Assembly (NCBI RefSeq): GCF_000281045.1
Contig: NW_008246074.1
Coordinates: 858,741 to 893,383, forward strand
Direction: 5' to 3'
From: Saprolegnia diclina VS20
Taxonomy: Eukaryota
Length of the DNA: 34,643 nucleotides
Below the pieces are notes generated by a model that made no database searches, had not been told where the DNA came from, and saw nothing but the letters and a program-made list of their open reading frames with translations. Below are positions 11,301-23,016 of this stretch, one piece after another. Position numbers and translations under genes: made by a program. Each line of letters opens with the position of its first letter. The first letter of the stretch is position 1.

Positions 11301-14300
11301 CGTCGACGTGATTGAAAAAAAAAACTCGGCCGCCGCGGGGCTTTGCGCGTGGGTCATCAACATTGTCGCATACTATGACGTCATTGTGTCGGTCGAGCCC
11401 AAGCGGCAAGCCCTAAGGCTCTGCACCGAGGTGTGGCAAGCGGCCAACAACAAGCTCGAAGCCGTCCTTTCCAAAGTAGACACCGTGTCAAAATATGATT
11501 CAAAAGCGAGTCGGAATAGGTGCGACAACTCTCGGAGCGGCTCGCCAAGCTCACGGACGAGTACGAGCGCACAAACGCCGACGTCAACCTCGCGATTGCG
11601 ACCGTCGAGAAGGGCAAAATGAAAATGAACCTCGCACGCCGCTTGACGGCGGCGCTCGGCAGCGAAAACACTCGGTGGGCCGCCAACGTCCAGATCTTAC
11701 AGGCCGAAGCGGAAACGATCGTCGGCGATGTGCTGTTGGCGGCTGCCTTTGTCACATATGCCGGTCCCTTTACAAAGCCGTACCGCGACTTGCTTCTCAG
11801 TACGCACTGGCGACCTTTCATTTTACACGGCAAAAAACCGCTCGCACTGCGCGACGACGTGTCGCCGGTGTCGCTCTTGACGCCCCCCACCGACATTGCG
11901 ACGTGGATCGGGTACGTACAAGCAAAAATTGTGGACTGCCTCATCCCAGCTTTGATATCGTAGCGCGGGGTTGCCGAGCGACGCCGTCTCGATTGAGAAT
12001 GGGACGATCGTGAGTGCGTGCAAGCGCTGGCCTCTCTTGGTGGACCCGCAGCTGCAAGCCATCCACTGGCTGCGATCGAAAGACCATGCAAACCTCGTCG
12101 TTGTCCGACGTTATGCCAGCAACCTCCTTCAAGTGTTGGAGCACGCGATCGAGACGGGCGCGTCGCTGCTGATTGAGCACATGGACGAGAGCATCGATCC
12201 TGTCTTGTGGCCGGTGATCAGTCGCTGCACGATCACCAAAGGTACCCGTATCCATTGGACTTGCTGGTGTATACATGTCGGGATTAGGACGCAAAACGTG
12301 TCTCAAGCTCGGCGACAAGGTCATCGAGTGGGTCGACTCGTTTCGTTTGTATCTCCACACGACGCTCTCCAACCCCCACTACCCGCCCGAAGTCCAAGCC
12401 GAGACGACATTGGTCAACTTTGCAGTGACGCCGCAGGGCCTCGAAGACCAGTTGTTGGCGCTCGTCGTACGCAAGGTTCGTGTCCACTCGTACCTAGCAA
12501 AGGCTCCATGGAGAGGTAGGAGTGGCCAAAGAAGGCGCGGGCGCGGACCGCGCTCATGCTACAGCAGACGCAGTTCAAAGTGAAAATGCTCGCACTCGAA
12601 GACAAAATTCTCACAAGCCTCGCCGACGCCGAAGGCGAAGTCACCGAGAACGTCGAGCTCATCGTCGACCTCGAGACCACAAAAGCGACCGCGGACGTCG
12701 TCGCAGCACAGTCGAAAGCCGCCCAGACGAATGAAGCCGAGATCGCAGCACTCTCCAAGAAATATGCAACTGTCGCGGCGCGCGGCGCGATGCTCTTCTT
12801 TGTCATCAACAACCTCTACAAGCTGCACACGTACTATGTATTTTCGCTCAACGCGTTCGTGGTCATGTTCCAGCGGGGCATGGAGTCGGCGAAATCGTCG
12901 ACCGCGCCAATGGACCTCGACGATGCCAAGAAGCCGTCGGCGCTCAACCGGTTCAAGCTCGCGGCCAAGCGCGTGATCGGGTCGCAGCGCTTCCACTGGG
13001 ACAAGGACGTGCTTCTCGAAGACCGCGTCCTCGAAGAAACCACCGACTTGGATTTCATCATCGCCTCCGCCAAGGACGATGTTCCGATCGATGACGCGTT
13101 GATCCTCGTGCGCTGTGGCCACCTCGAAGCGTCCATCACGCAAGGCGTCTTTGACTATGTTCGACGGGGCTTGCTCGAGAAGGACAAGCTGTTGCTGGCG
13201 GCGCAGCTCTGCTTTGCGATCCTCGGGCAGCGCGGCACGATCTCGGCGACCGAACTCACCTACGTACGTCGATCGGTGCATGGACGATGCCAAATGTGTA
13301 CCTGTAGCTGGCGACAACGCCCATGATGGACGACACGGCCATGGCGATGGGGCTGCTCAGCGAATGGCTCACCGAGCCGCAATGGCAGAAGCTTCGCAAG
13401 CTCGAGGACGTCCCTGGCTTCCAGTTGCTCCCAAACGAGATGAAAGCCGACGCGGAAGAGTGGAAGGAGTGGTTCTACACGGACGCCCCCGAAACGCACG
13501 AGATGCCTGGGCGAAAGCGAAGTCAAATCAGTCAGCTCCTACTGCTGCGGATTCTACGTCCCGACCGGTTCCTTCCGGCGCTTTCCGCGTTTATCGCAGA
13601 GCATTTAGGGCCGACGTATGTGCACCAGCCGCCCTTTGACCTCGAGGCCATCTACCAAGAAGGCTCGGCGTCGACGCCGATCTTTTTCCTCCTGTTTCCC
13701 GGCGTCGACCCCACAGTTGCGATCGAGCAGCTCGGCCAGAAGCTGCAAATGACGTCGGAGAAGGGCAACTTCCGGCACATCTCGATGGGGCAGGGCCAAG
13801 AGGGGCCGGCGGAGGCGACACTCACCGCATTTGCGACCGCAGGCTCGTGGCTCGTACTGCAAAACATTCATCTCATGCCGCGGTGGCTGCCGGTGCTCAC
13901 GCGCCTCTTGGACCAGTGCGCCAAGACAGCGGACCCGAACTTTCGCGTCTTCTTATCGGCCGAGGCGCCGGCGCTGCCGTCCATGTCCAACATGCCCGAG
14001 TCGCTGCTTCAATGCTGCATCAAAGTCGCCAACGAAGCGCCAATGGACTTGCGCAGCAACCTCTCCCGCGCGTGGGCCAATTTCTCGGTCAAAACCATCG
14101 AGACGAGCTTGAAGCCCAACGAGTTTCAAGGCTGCCTCTTTGCACTCTGCGTCTATCACGCGCTCGTCCTTGGGCGCCGACGCTTCGGGCCCCAAGGCTG
14201 GAGCCGACCGTACTCGTTCAACAACGGCGACCTCACGCTCTGCGCCGATGTGCTCAAGCGCTACGTCGACAAGACGCTCGACGGGCCTTTGCCGTGGGAC

Positions 14301-15622
14301 GACCTCCGCTTCATCTTTGGCGACATCATGTACGGCGGCCACATAACCGATTTTTGGGATCGACTCACCAACCGCACGTATCTCTCAACACTCCTCACCG
14401 AAGATGCGCTGCGGGGTAAGGATATCATGCCCGGGCTCTCACCCCCGGACCCGTATCTGTTTACGTACTCCAAGTATGCCACCTACATTGGTCACGAGTT
14501 GCCGCAAGAGACACCGCTCCTCTTTGGGCTGCACCCGAACACAGAGATCCTGACCATGACAACGGCGTGCGACGACCTTCTTTTCCAGCTCACGCTCACG
14601 GGGGGTGCGTTGTTGGGTATTTCGGCCGCGGCAGCGAGTGCGTCGCCCGTGACGTCGGCCACCGCGCTCGTGCAGAGTCTGCTGCAGCGCCTCCCCGAGC
14701 CGTTCAACTTGAGTGAGCTCAGTGACGACGCGGCGCCGTTGTTAGAGCAGAGCCACCCGATGGCACCGTACGTTGTCGTTGCCCTGCAAGAATGCACGCG
14801 CATGAATGCCCTTGTGAGCGTGCTGCGGCGGTCGCTGACCGAGCTCGCCAAAGGCCTCAACGGTCTCCTCAACATGTCGGAGGCCATGGAAGAGCTCCTC
14901 GAAGCCCTCTCGCTGCAGCAAGTGCCGGGGCGGAATCCGCTCCATTCGTGTTCCTGGGAACGGTACAACCTTGTACACATTGTCCTATTGCACTAAATCG
15001 TGCGACTAGGTATGCCTACCCGTCGCGCAAGTCGCTCTCCACATGGTACAGCGACCTCCTCGAACGCGCGGCATTCCTCTCGCGCTGGGTCCTCGGGTCC
15101 GACTGGGCGCTGCCTTCCTCGATGTGGCTCTCCGGTCTCTTCAACCCCGCGTCCTTCTTGACCGCTGTCAAGCAAGTGACCGCCCGGGCGACGCAGCAGC
15201 CGCTCGATAGCATGACGATTGAGACGCATCTCGTGTCATCCGCCAGTAGCAGCAGCAAAGGCGCGTTTGTGCACGGCCTCTTTCTCGAAGGGGCGCGCTG
15301 GTGCGTGCCTGACGATGGCGACGACGGTGACGCGTATGTCGTCGACGATGTGCCGTGCGCGGGATTCCTCGCCGAAGCCAAGCCCAAGGAAGCCGTGTGT
15401 GTGCTGCCCACGCTCTATGTCCGTGCCGTGCCGATCCGAGACGATTGGGACCCGACGGCCGTGGGCCACTTCCGACGCGACCCCAGCACCTACGAGTGCC
15501 CGGTGTACGTCACGTCGATGCGCGGGCCCACGTACGTCTTTTTGGCGACAATGAACACGCGGACGCCCAAGGCCAAGTGGATCCTCGCCGGTGTCGCGCT
15601 CTTGCTTCAAAACGACGGCTAA
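2314..15622 (+). CDS. Axonemal outer-arm dynein heavy chain with Kelch-repeat/IPT-TIG/filamin N-terminus (Chlamydomonas alpha-HC/ODA11 type), ~4089 aa, 23 exons
   Basis: N-terminus has Kelch repeats (RSGHS..FLFGG, RWKHS..FVFGG, RGGHS..YIFGG, RSGHQ..FVFGG, RWNHA..FCFGG, RSDT..LICGG), IPT ([11 protein letters not shown]) and filamin (RTRGGDAF...[11 protein letters not shown]) domains. Motor has linker ([17 protein letters not shown]), AAA1 [20 protein letters not shown]2 [11 protein letters not shown]3 [11 protein letters not shown]4 GVGGSGRKS, stalk/MTBD, AAA5 [12 protein letters not shown]6 ISMGQGQ/YGGHITD and C-terminal [16 protein letters not shown]. Hand-placed introns: 5238-5281, 5470-5515, 5983-6025, 6313-6371, 6662-6700, 6839-6900, 7346-7390, 7760-7804, 7996-8037, 9148-9196, 9331-9371, 9842-9892, 10107-10154, 10548-10607, 10884-10924, 11169-11215, 11476-11519, 11912-11963, 12242-12287, 12476-12519, 13264-13307, 14963-15009. 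Spliced length 12270 nt, in frame. Confidence 0.93.
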
Positions 15623-16314
15623 GGCCACAAGGTAAGGGTGTACCCTAGCGTCATACTGTAAGCAGCAGATCACGTAGCCCACCCGAGTAGACAACTATGT
15701 ATAACCAGAACGTATGACCTGTGACGGGCGTTCCAACGCGCGCCGACCGACCGAAAGCAGCGGCGAGCTGCGTTTTGTGGCAAAAAAGGAAGGGTTCGTC
15801 GCTGCAGTAGTGCCATCCTTGCAGCTCAATGACAGCGTTCAATATGTCTTGGTCCATGGCGCCAAATCCAAGCCTCCAAGTGACTAGACAGCAAACAGTG
15901 CCCCCACCAGTGTCATGCATCCAAGTTCATGGCTTTTAACGTGGTGAAAACCGCCCGAACGACAACGTCCCTCCTTGTCGCGACCACTCGCTCGCTGTTG
16001 CGTCTCTTCGGGTCGTTGTCGCCACAAGCACCTTGAAAGCACTCATGGCGACCGCAGGAATATCGTGCAAAGCGCGCCACCGGCAGCTGAGTGATGGTGT
16101 TGTTGCGATCTTTGCACCGGGCTAAAAACACCCAACCAACATGGGGACCCGGGTCGGCCCCCGCTGTCGGCCGAATCACACAAGCCCGACCGCCGTGTGT
16201 GAGCAATACATCAGCAGTGCGGTAGGCAGCGAGGAGCTCGCGAGACGCGGGGTGCGCACCCCGGTCTTGTCGAGAACCTCTGGCAATGCATGGGTGCATG
16301 CAAAACGACAGGTT

Positions 16315-16329
16315 TTTTGGCCAATCAAA
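16315..16329. promoter_or_regulatory. Extended CCAAT box upstream of exportin-T
   Basis: TTTTGGCCAATCAAA, about 60 nt upstream of ATG 16386; a second GATTGGCC lies at ~16348. Confidence 0.6.
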
Positions 16330-16385
16330 CGCGGCTGTTCAAATTCCGATTGGCCAACCATCGCGGAAAGGACGACGCCAGTTGC

Positions 16386-19300
16386 ATGTCGACGCCCATC
16401 TCGCTCGCCGACCTCGAGCGCGCGATTCTCTTCGCCTTCCAGTATGCGGACGCGCCGCTAGCGGACGCCAGCGCGCAGACGATCAAGGCCGACGCAGAGA
16501 TGTACTGCACGCACGCCAAGCAGACGAGCTACGCGCCTTTCCTCGCGCTCTTCCAGTCGTCGGGCCACGAGCAAGTCAAATTCTACGCTCTCCAGGCGCT
16601 CCAAGTACGTTGCCTGCATGTATCGAGCGATGCGGTATGGCGAATCGGGTGTAGGAATATTTGAGCCCGCGCGGCGCCGCCTATCCGGCGCTCTCGGATG
16701 CCATGGTGCTCGCGATCCGGTCCGAGCTGCTGCAGTGGCTTCAGACCCAGCGCGAGCTGCCTGCGTACCTCAAGACAAAGCTCGCTGTCGTCATTACGCT
16801 CTTGGTAGATTTGATGACACTACGCTCGATTCGTTTGCATATTCTGATGTGGCGGCACAGGTGCGGCGCGACTACCCCGAGCGCTGGCCCGGCGCATTCC
16901 ACGACCTGTTGTCGCTGCTGCCGCTCGGACCGTTCATGGTCGAAATGTACTTTCGCATTTTGATTGCGATTTACGAAGAAATCGTCGAGTTTGACGCGCA
17001 GCGCTCGAGTGCCGACGCCGACCACAACATGCGCATCAAGGATGCGATGCGGGAGGGTCCGACGGCGTGCATTGCGCCGTCCTTCGACGTCATTTACAAT
17101 GTCCTGAGCGCGTACGTCCCCGGTGACAATCAGCTGCTCCCGCTTGCGATCGGCGCGCTCGAGACGCTCGAAAAATACATTTCGTGGGTCGACATTGGCC
17201 TCGTGTTGCGCTTTGTGCCAACGCTCTTTCATGCGCTCGCGAATCGCGACGACCTTCGCTGCAAGGCCGCCAACTGCGTCTACGAGATCATCGCCAAAGG
17301 CATGCTGCCGGACAAGAAGCTCGCGCTCTTTCAAAGCCTCGAGCTCATCCCGCTCCTCACGACGTTGCAGCCGATGCTCGACGAGGTACTGCTGAGACGA
17401 CCCCGCGGTCGTTCCGTGCTGGCGGAATGATACGGTATCTTCTAGGATGCCGACTTTTGCGAAGAAGTCGGCGAGGTCATCAACGGCATGGGCCTTGAGC
17501 TCATCACGTGCATCGACACGTTCCGCCAAACGAACGAAAGCGCCTTGTACCAGCAAGCGTCCGCGTTCATGGCGACGCTAATGCCGCTCACGTGGTTCCT
17601 CTTTGCCCACGAAGTGACCGATGTGTCCCAAGAAGTCTTTGAGCTCGTCAACGCCATGGGCAGTCTGCTCCGGTCCGAGTCGAGCGCGGATCTCTTCACG
17701 CCGTCGCTGTATTTGCCTCAATGGCTCCATGGTATTTCCCGCCAATTTCGGTTTCCTGACGAAGACGACGAGGTCGACGAGTCGGAGTTTGAGACGTACC
17801 GCCGTCAACTGCTCGCGATTTTTGTCAACCTCGCCCGGCTTCGCCCTGATGTCGTGCTGCAGTACCTCGGCACGCTCGTGACCGAGTCGCTCTCGCAGCT
17901 CGCAACCGGCTCGCTCTTAGACCGCGACCTCGAGGCGTGTCTCTGCCTCGTGCACCGCTTCAAGGAAGGTTTGACGACGATCAAGGGCCCGCACAACTAC
18001 GACGACGAAAACGGCCCGCTGCTGCAGATGGTCCTCGCGCTGCACCACACGATGCTCCACTTGCCGTCGTTTGGGTCGATGGAATACCGCCCGCTCATCA
18101 TGTACTACGAACTCTGCGTGCGGTACGCGCCGCTCATGCGCACGCACCCGGAGCTGCTGAGTTTGCTGCTCTCGCACATCTTTGGCGCCGGCGGCGTTGG
18201 GCACCGCCACGGCACGCTCCGGTCGCGCGCCTGCTACCTCGTGCTCCGGCTGCTCAAGTCGCTCGGCAATAGCGTCCATCCGCATATGGATCAGCTGCTC
18301 CAAGCCATCGAGCCGCACTTGGTGGTGGTGCCCGAGGCCGCGTCGGCGCTGGCGTGGGCCGACCAATTGTATCTCTTTGAGCTCACGGGCTTCCTTGTCG
18401 GGTCGCTCCCGTTCAACGAGACGAAGCGCCAGTACGCCCAGATTGTCCTCGGGCCGCAACTGACGCTGCTCGACCAGTGCTTGGGTGCGCCGCCGAGCGA
18501 CGAGCTCGAGCTGCACATGTCGCACGTGCTCAACGCGATCGGCCATTTGCTCAAGGGCTTCAAGGGCAAGTCGTCGCTGCCGCAGCAAGCCGAGGTGTTT
18601 CCGACGGTGCTCGCATCCGCGGCGCGCGTGCTACTGGCGTACCCCCGCTCGCTGCCCGTTCGGTCCAAGGTCATTTTCACGCTGCACCGCATGGTGACGT
18701 TGCTCGAGCCCGATGCGTTCTGCGACCGGAGCGACCTCCTGCTGGTGCTCATGGAGCACTGCGACCCAAGCGACGTGATCGAGGTCGTCCAGCTGCTCAA
18801 CCAGCTCGTGATCACGTACAAGACAGTTCCAGCGTTCGTGTCGCTCGTCGAAGCCACGGTCATCCCGTTCCTGACGCACCTCGGCGCGCTCTTGGCGTCC
18901 GACCTCGCGCCCGAAGATCGGTCGACGGTGCAAAAGCACATGTACTCGTACTTGATGCATATTGCGCAGCATCGTATTGCGACGGTCTTTGTCTCGGCGC
19001 GCAACATGGCGTCGTTTCCCCAAGTGTTGCAGCTTGTCCTCGACGGGTTCAACTTGGAGCTCCACGTCGTGCGCGCGGCCGCCACGATTGTCGAGCATTT
19101 CATTTTGCTCTGGTTCGACTCGGACGGCGACTCGATGCCGCACCGCGACGTCGTCGGCACGTTCCTTCTCCGCGATGTCGTGCCAGCTATGTTTGGCGTC
19201 ATCCAGCACCAAGATATGAACGTGAACGACATGGCCGCCCACTCGGCGATCAAGGACATTGCCAAGTGCCAAGTGCTTTTGCTCGAGTCGCCGCTGCACG

Positions 19301-19495
19301 AGCAGTTTCTGGCGACCCTCTCGGCGTACTTGGCGTCCGCGGGCGTCCCCCCCGCGATCGTGCTAGGCTACAGCGACGCTGTCCAGTCCCACGACGTGGC
19401 CGTCATCACCAAGGCGTATAAGGTACCAAGTCGATATAGGTACAAATGCCATATTGTTGTGCTAGGCGCTTGTCCAGGCCAGTCGGGGGGGCTAA
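16386..19495 (+). CDS. XPOT: Exportin-T (tRNA export karyopherin, Xpo-t/Los1/PAUSED family), ~966 aa
   Basis: Importin-beta-like N-terminus (VKFYALQAL, YLKTKLA, DYPERWP), HNMRIKDAMRE, YISWVDIGL, KGM..DKK, YYELCVRY, RSRACYL..RLLK, DQLYLFE..G, RSKVIFTLHRMV. Introns 16605-16654, 16805-16860, 17386-17445 and 19423-19465 give an in-frame product of typical exportin-T length. Confidence 0.85.
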
Positions 19496-19870
19496 CACCG
19501 CAACGACCTCCAACTGTAGTGCTGCCACCATTATCGCCGCCTTTAGCTAATCTACCACTTTTGTTTTCGAGTCGCTACACTGCTTGGTCTATGGTCACAC
19601 GACGCAGGGCTATATCGACGGTGAACGCCATTGTGATCGCGGTTCATCTCGCTCGCGAATGGTGGGGCTGGACAGTTGCAGTGGTGACACATTGATTGAC
19701 TAGAAGCACAAGGTGGCGACAACGAGAGTGTCACCATCAATAAGAGTCAGAAGTGACAACCGCGCACGAAGAGGCGAGTGCAGAGGTGGGCGTCCGCGCG
19801 TTGGCATCAGCATCAAGCAGCGTACAGTATATCGCTCCACGACGCTGGTGCAACGGTTATCGCAGTCACA

Positions 19871-19878
19871 TATAATTA
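19871..19878 (+). promoter_or_regulatory. TATA-like element upstream of the 7TM-RGS gene
   Basis: TATAATTA, 37 nt upstream of ATG 19908, in an otherwise GC-rich context. Confidence 0.25.
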
Positions 19879-19907
19879 GAAAGGCGACGCCACCAGTGCA
19901 CCCTCGC

Positions 19908-21576
19908 ATGGGGGGCTCGGACGTGCTCGAGGTGCCGCGAGGCACGATGCGACTCTTGATCGCACTCGCGCTGCTCTTCTCGTCGGCGATGGTCGTACCG
20001 CTCCTAGTCTACTACTGCAACCGGCAATCGCCTTCGATTCGGTATCGCAACCCCAATTTTATCTCGATCGCGGCGGCGTGGGCGGCCATCTACAGCATCG
20101 CGCGCTGCGCCGTGTCGCTGAACCCCGACATGATTAGCTGCACGAACCTCGCGTTGCTCTTTGGTATCTCGCTACAAACGACCCTCATGTCGTACTTGCT
20201 CGCCGAGATCATGGTGCGGCGCTTGCTCTTCTGGGCACCCACATGTATAATGCGGTGCATTAGGTGGTGCTGACGTTTAACCTCACGGAACGCATGACCA
20301 AGTACAATGCCCAGCGCACGTCCCAGCGGGCCGCCATCGCCCGTCTGCAATGGCTGCTGCGACGCAAGCATGTGACGTATGCGTGGCTTTGCATTCAGCT
20401 GCTGTGGAACCTCCCAACGTGTGCGCTCGTGCTCTCGGGGCCCGACTACTCGGGCTTCAACGGCACCAACTGCCCGAACGAGCTCCGACTGCGCGTGGTC
20501 CCAGTCAATATGGTCCAATACTGCTGTATCGCCAGTGGCACACTCTTGCTCTCGCGCGCGATGAGCAAGGTCGTCGACAACTTTGGCGTCCGCACCTCGT
20601 TTCAAAACAGCTCCCGCGCCATGTGTGTGTGTACGTCGTCTAGTGCATTTGCAGGTGGCACGGTTCATGTCTAGTTGTCATTTGCTATCTTCCGGTATCG
20701 CTCTTGTACGAAACCGCGTTCGTCCAGGCGACGCACCTCGAACTCTTCATCGTGGTCGTCGGCGCCCAAGTCATTGTCGTGTTTCACATGCTCGGGCCGA
20801 TCCGGCAAGCATTTCGCGACCGCCCGTCGTCCGGGTTTGCCTTCAAGGGCACGCTGGGCATCCTCGAAGCCTTCCTGCACACGGACGACGGATACCAGGC
20901 TTTTTCCGAGTTTGCCAAAGGCGAGTATGAAGTCGAGGTCCTCGTCGCGTGGCAAGCGCTTACCGAGTATCGCGGGGAGGCCAAAGAGGCCTTGTCGGCG
21001 ACCGACATTTTTGATACGCATCTCGGACTGGACGCGCCGTTGCCCGTCCGCCGGTTCATCCCACCGCTGCTCCTGCACCGGTACGAGGCGGCATTCGCGG
21101 GCAACGCCAAGTACGGCGTCCGCCCCGACAGCGCACACGACCCCGATTTCTTCAATCCGCTTCTCGACGCGTTGCTCTCCCACATGGTGCACCAGACACT
21201 GCCACGTTTTCAAGCCCACGAGATTGGGGCGCAGATCTGGAAAAGCTATGTGGCGCAGTACCAGACCCGTCTCGCGCTCGATATGGTGCTTCAGAAGCAA
21301 GCCGAGCCGGCGACACCCGTCACCAAGTTTAGCATGCCCAACCGCAAATTTCGACTCGAGACGATCCAGAGCCTGGGGAATCTCGGGAGCGCGGTCTTTA
21401 CCGAAATGTCGGTGGCCGAGCGCCAGCAACCGGTGACCCTTGTCCACCGATCGAGCACGGTGCCATTGACCGCTGCGCTTCAGAGCGCCGATGCGGGCTC
21501 GAGTCCCAATCCGACCACACCTGTTACTGTGTCTTCGCTGCCGACGCGGCGACCATCCAACGAAAGCTTGCGATAG
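19908..21576 (+). CDS. Seven-transmembrane protein with C-terminal RGS (regulator of G-protein signalling) domain, ~524 aa
   Basis: Introns 20214-20263 and 20631-20674 join three ORF pieces. Seven hydrophobic segments (LLIALALLF.., FISIAAAWAAIY.., LALLFGISL..VVLTF, YAWLCIQLLW..LVL, VVPVNMV..LLLS, MCVFVICYLPVSLLY, LFIVVVGAQVIVVFHMLGPI). Loop motifs PSIRYRNP and DNFGVR. RGS-like box LEAFL...GYQAFSEFAKGEY.VEVLVAW...IFDTHL..DAPLPV...FFNP...MVHQTLPRF, then a Ser/Thr/Pro-rich tail. Confidence 0.75.
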
Positions 21577-21669
21577 CACTACCCAATCGTTTCTACTCTA
21601 CTCGATAGTACAACCCGCATCGTTACACACAAAACAACAGGTAGCATTAGGGGTAGGGTCCAACGACGT

Positions 21670-23016
21670 TTACTTCTTGAGCGGGTTGAAGTGCTTCTTG
21701 AGCGGCTGCCAGCACTTGTAGTAGTCTTGTTCGTTCTGGTCGCACGTCAGCGCGTACTTGGTGAGCTTCATCATGTACGACGATTCAAACATAAAGGCGA
21801 GACCGCCGTCAAAGTAGTGCGGCTTGAGGTCGGCCTTGGACGCGTTCTCAAAGGTCGTCGCGTCCGGGCCGTGGGCCGAGTCGATGCTGTGGAGCGACGC
21901 GCCACCGGGTACAAAGCCATCGGCCTTGGCATCGTAATGGCCGTAGATCATGCCCATAAACTCGGTCATGACGTTGCGGTGGTAGTACGGCGGGCGGAAC
22001 GTCTTCTCCTGCACCATCCAGCGCGGCGGAAAGATGACAAAGTCGGCGACCGCGCAACCCGGCTCGTCGGTCTGGCACGTCAGCACCGTGTAAATCGACG
22101 GGTCCGGGTGGTCGTAGTTGACCGAGTTCATCGTGCAGTAGTGGTCCAAGTTGTACTTGTACGGGACATAGTTGCCATGCCACGCAACGACATCGAATGG
22201 CGAGTGCTCCATCGACGCGGTGAAGAGCTTGCCGCCAAACTTGCCGACGACCGTGTAGTGCACGTCGCGGTCTTCGTACCAAGCAACCGGGTGCTCGAAA
22301 TCGCGCGGGTTGGCGAGGCCGTTGGCGCCGATCGGGCCGAGGTCCGGGAGGACGAAATGACGGTTGTACACCTCGAGGATGTAGCCGCGCGCTGGGCCGT
22401 CGAGCTCGACCGTGAAGCGAATGCCACGCTGGATGACGCAGATTTCGTGCGGCGAGACGAGGAGCTTGCCCATTTCGGTCGTGATCTTGAGGACGCCTTC
22501 CTGCGGCACGATAAGGAGGTCGCCGTCCGAGTTGTAGAAGCACTTGTCGCCCATGGACGCATTCGCCGCGTACATGTGGATGGCCATGCCGGCCTTCATC
22601 GTGGGCTCGCCCGCGCCGGCCATCGTGTGCCAGCCCTGGACAAAATCGACCTTCTCATGCGGCTTGGGCATGGCCATGGGCTGCCAGCGCAGCTGCTGCG
22701 GCGTGAGCGTCTCGTTGGCAAAGTCGTTGACAATATCGCCTGTGGGCAAGTCGGCGTACTTGCCGTGGATGACGGGCGGCAAGACGCGGTAGAGCCAAGT
22801 GCGCTGGTTGCTATGGCGCGGCAGCGTGAACGCCGTGCCCGAGAGCTGCTCGCAGTAGAGCCCGTAGTTGCACATCTGCGGGTTGTTTTGGTGCGCGGGC
22901 AGCGCGCCCTCGAGCACCTCGGAGGCAAAGTGGTTGCCAAAGCCCGGCTGGTACGACAGCGTCGTCCACGGGTCGGCGGCGGTCGTCGTCGAAGGCGTCG
23001 GCTTGGGCGTCGTCAT
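21670..23016 (-). CDS. HGD: Homogentisate 1,2-dioxygenase, 448 aa, intronless
   Basis: YQPGFGNHF.SE, LYCEQLSGTAFT, WLYRVLP, LGPIGANGLANPRDF, FDVVAWHGNY, DHPDPSIYTVLT, Fe ligands in YYHRNVMTEFMG and SLHS...HGPD, and LAFMFES. Confidence 0.97.
   Translation of the reverse strand: MTTPKPTPSTTTAADPWTTLSYQPGFGNHFASEVLEGALPAHQNNPQMCNYGLYCEQLSGTAFTLPRHSNQRTWLYRVLPPVIHGKYADLPTGDIVNDFANETLTPQQLRWQPMAMPKPHEKVDFVQGWHTMAGAGEPTMKAGMAIHMYAANASMGDKCFYNSDGDLLIVPQEGVLKITTEMGKLLVSPHEICVIQRGIRFTVELDGPARGYILEVYNRHFVLPDLGPIGANGLANPRDFEHPVAWYEDRDVHYTVVGKFGGKLFTASMEHSPFDVVAWHGNYVPYKYNLDHYCTMNSVNYDHPDPSIYTVLTCQTDEPGCAVADFVIFPPRWMVQEKTFRPPYYHRNVMTEFMGMIYGHYDAKADGFVPGGASLHSIDSAHGPDATTFENASKADLKPHYFDGGLAFMFESSYMMKLTKYALTCDQNEQDYYKCWQPLKKHFNPLKK

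Noticed and set aside
5238..15009. Apparent frameshifts and stops fragmenting the dynein (pseudogene or recoding?)
   Set aside because: Every break is resolved by a 39-62-nt GT-AG intron, the spliced length is in frame, and the P-loops are intact.
15651..16299. Short - strand ORFs between dynein and exportin-T
   Set aside because: No homology cues, atypical codon usage and no consistent splice model. A small gene or ncRNA cannot be excluded.
19496..19695. Hydrophobic C-terminal extension of the 735-aa exportin ORF
   Set aside because: Best explained as read-through of intron 19423-19465. Splicing gives a stop at 19495 and a normal exportin-T length.
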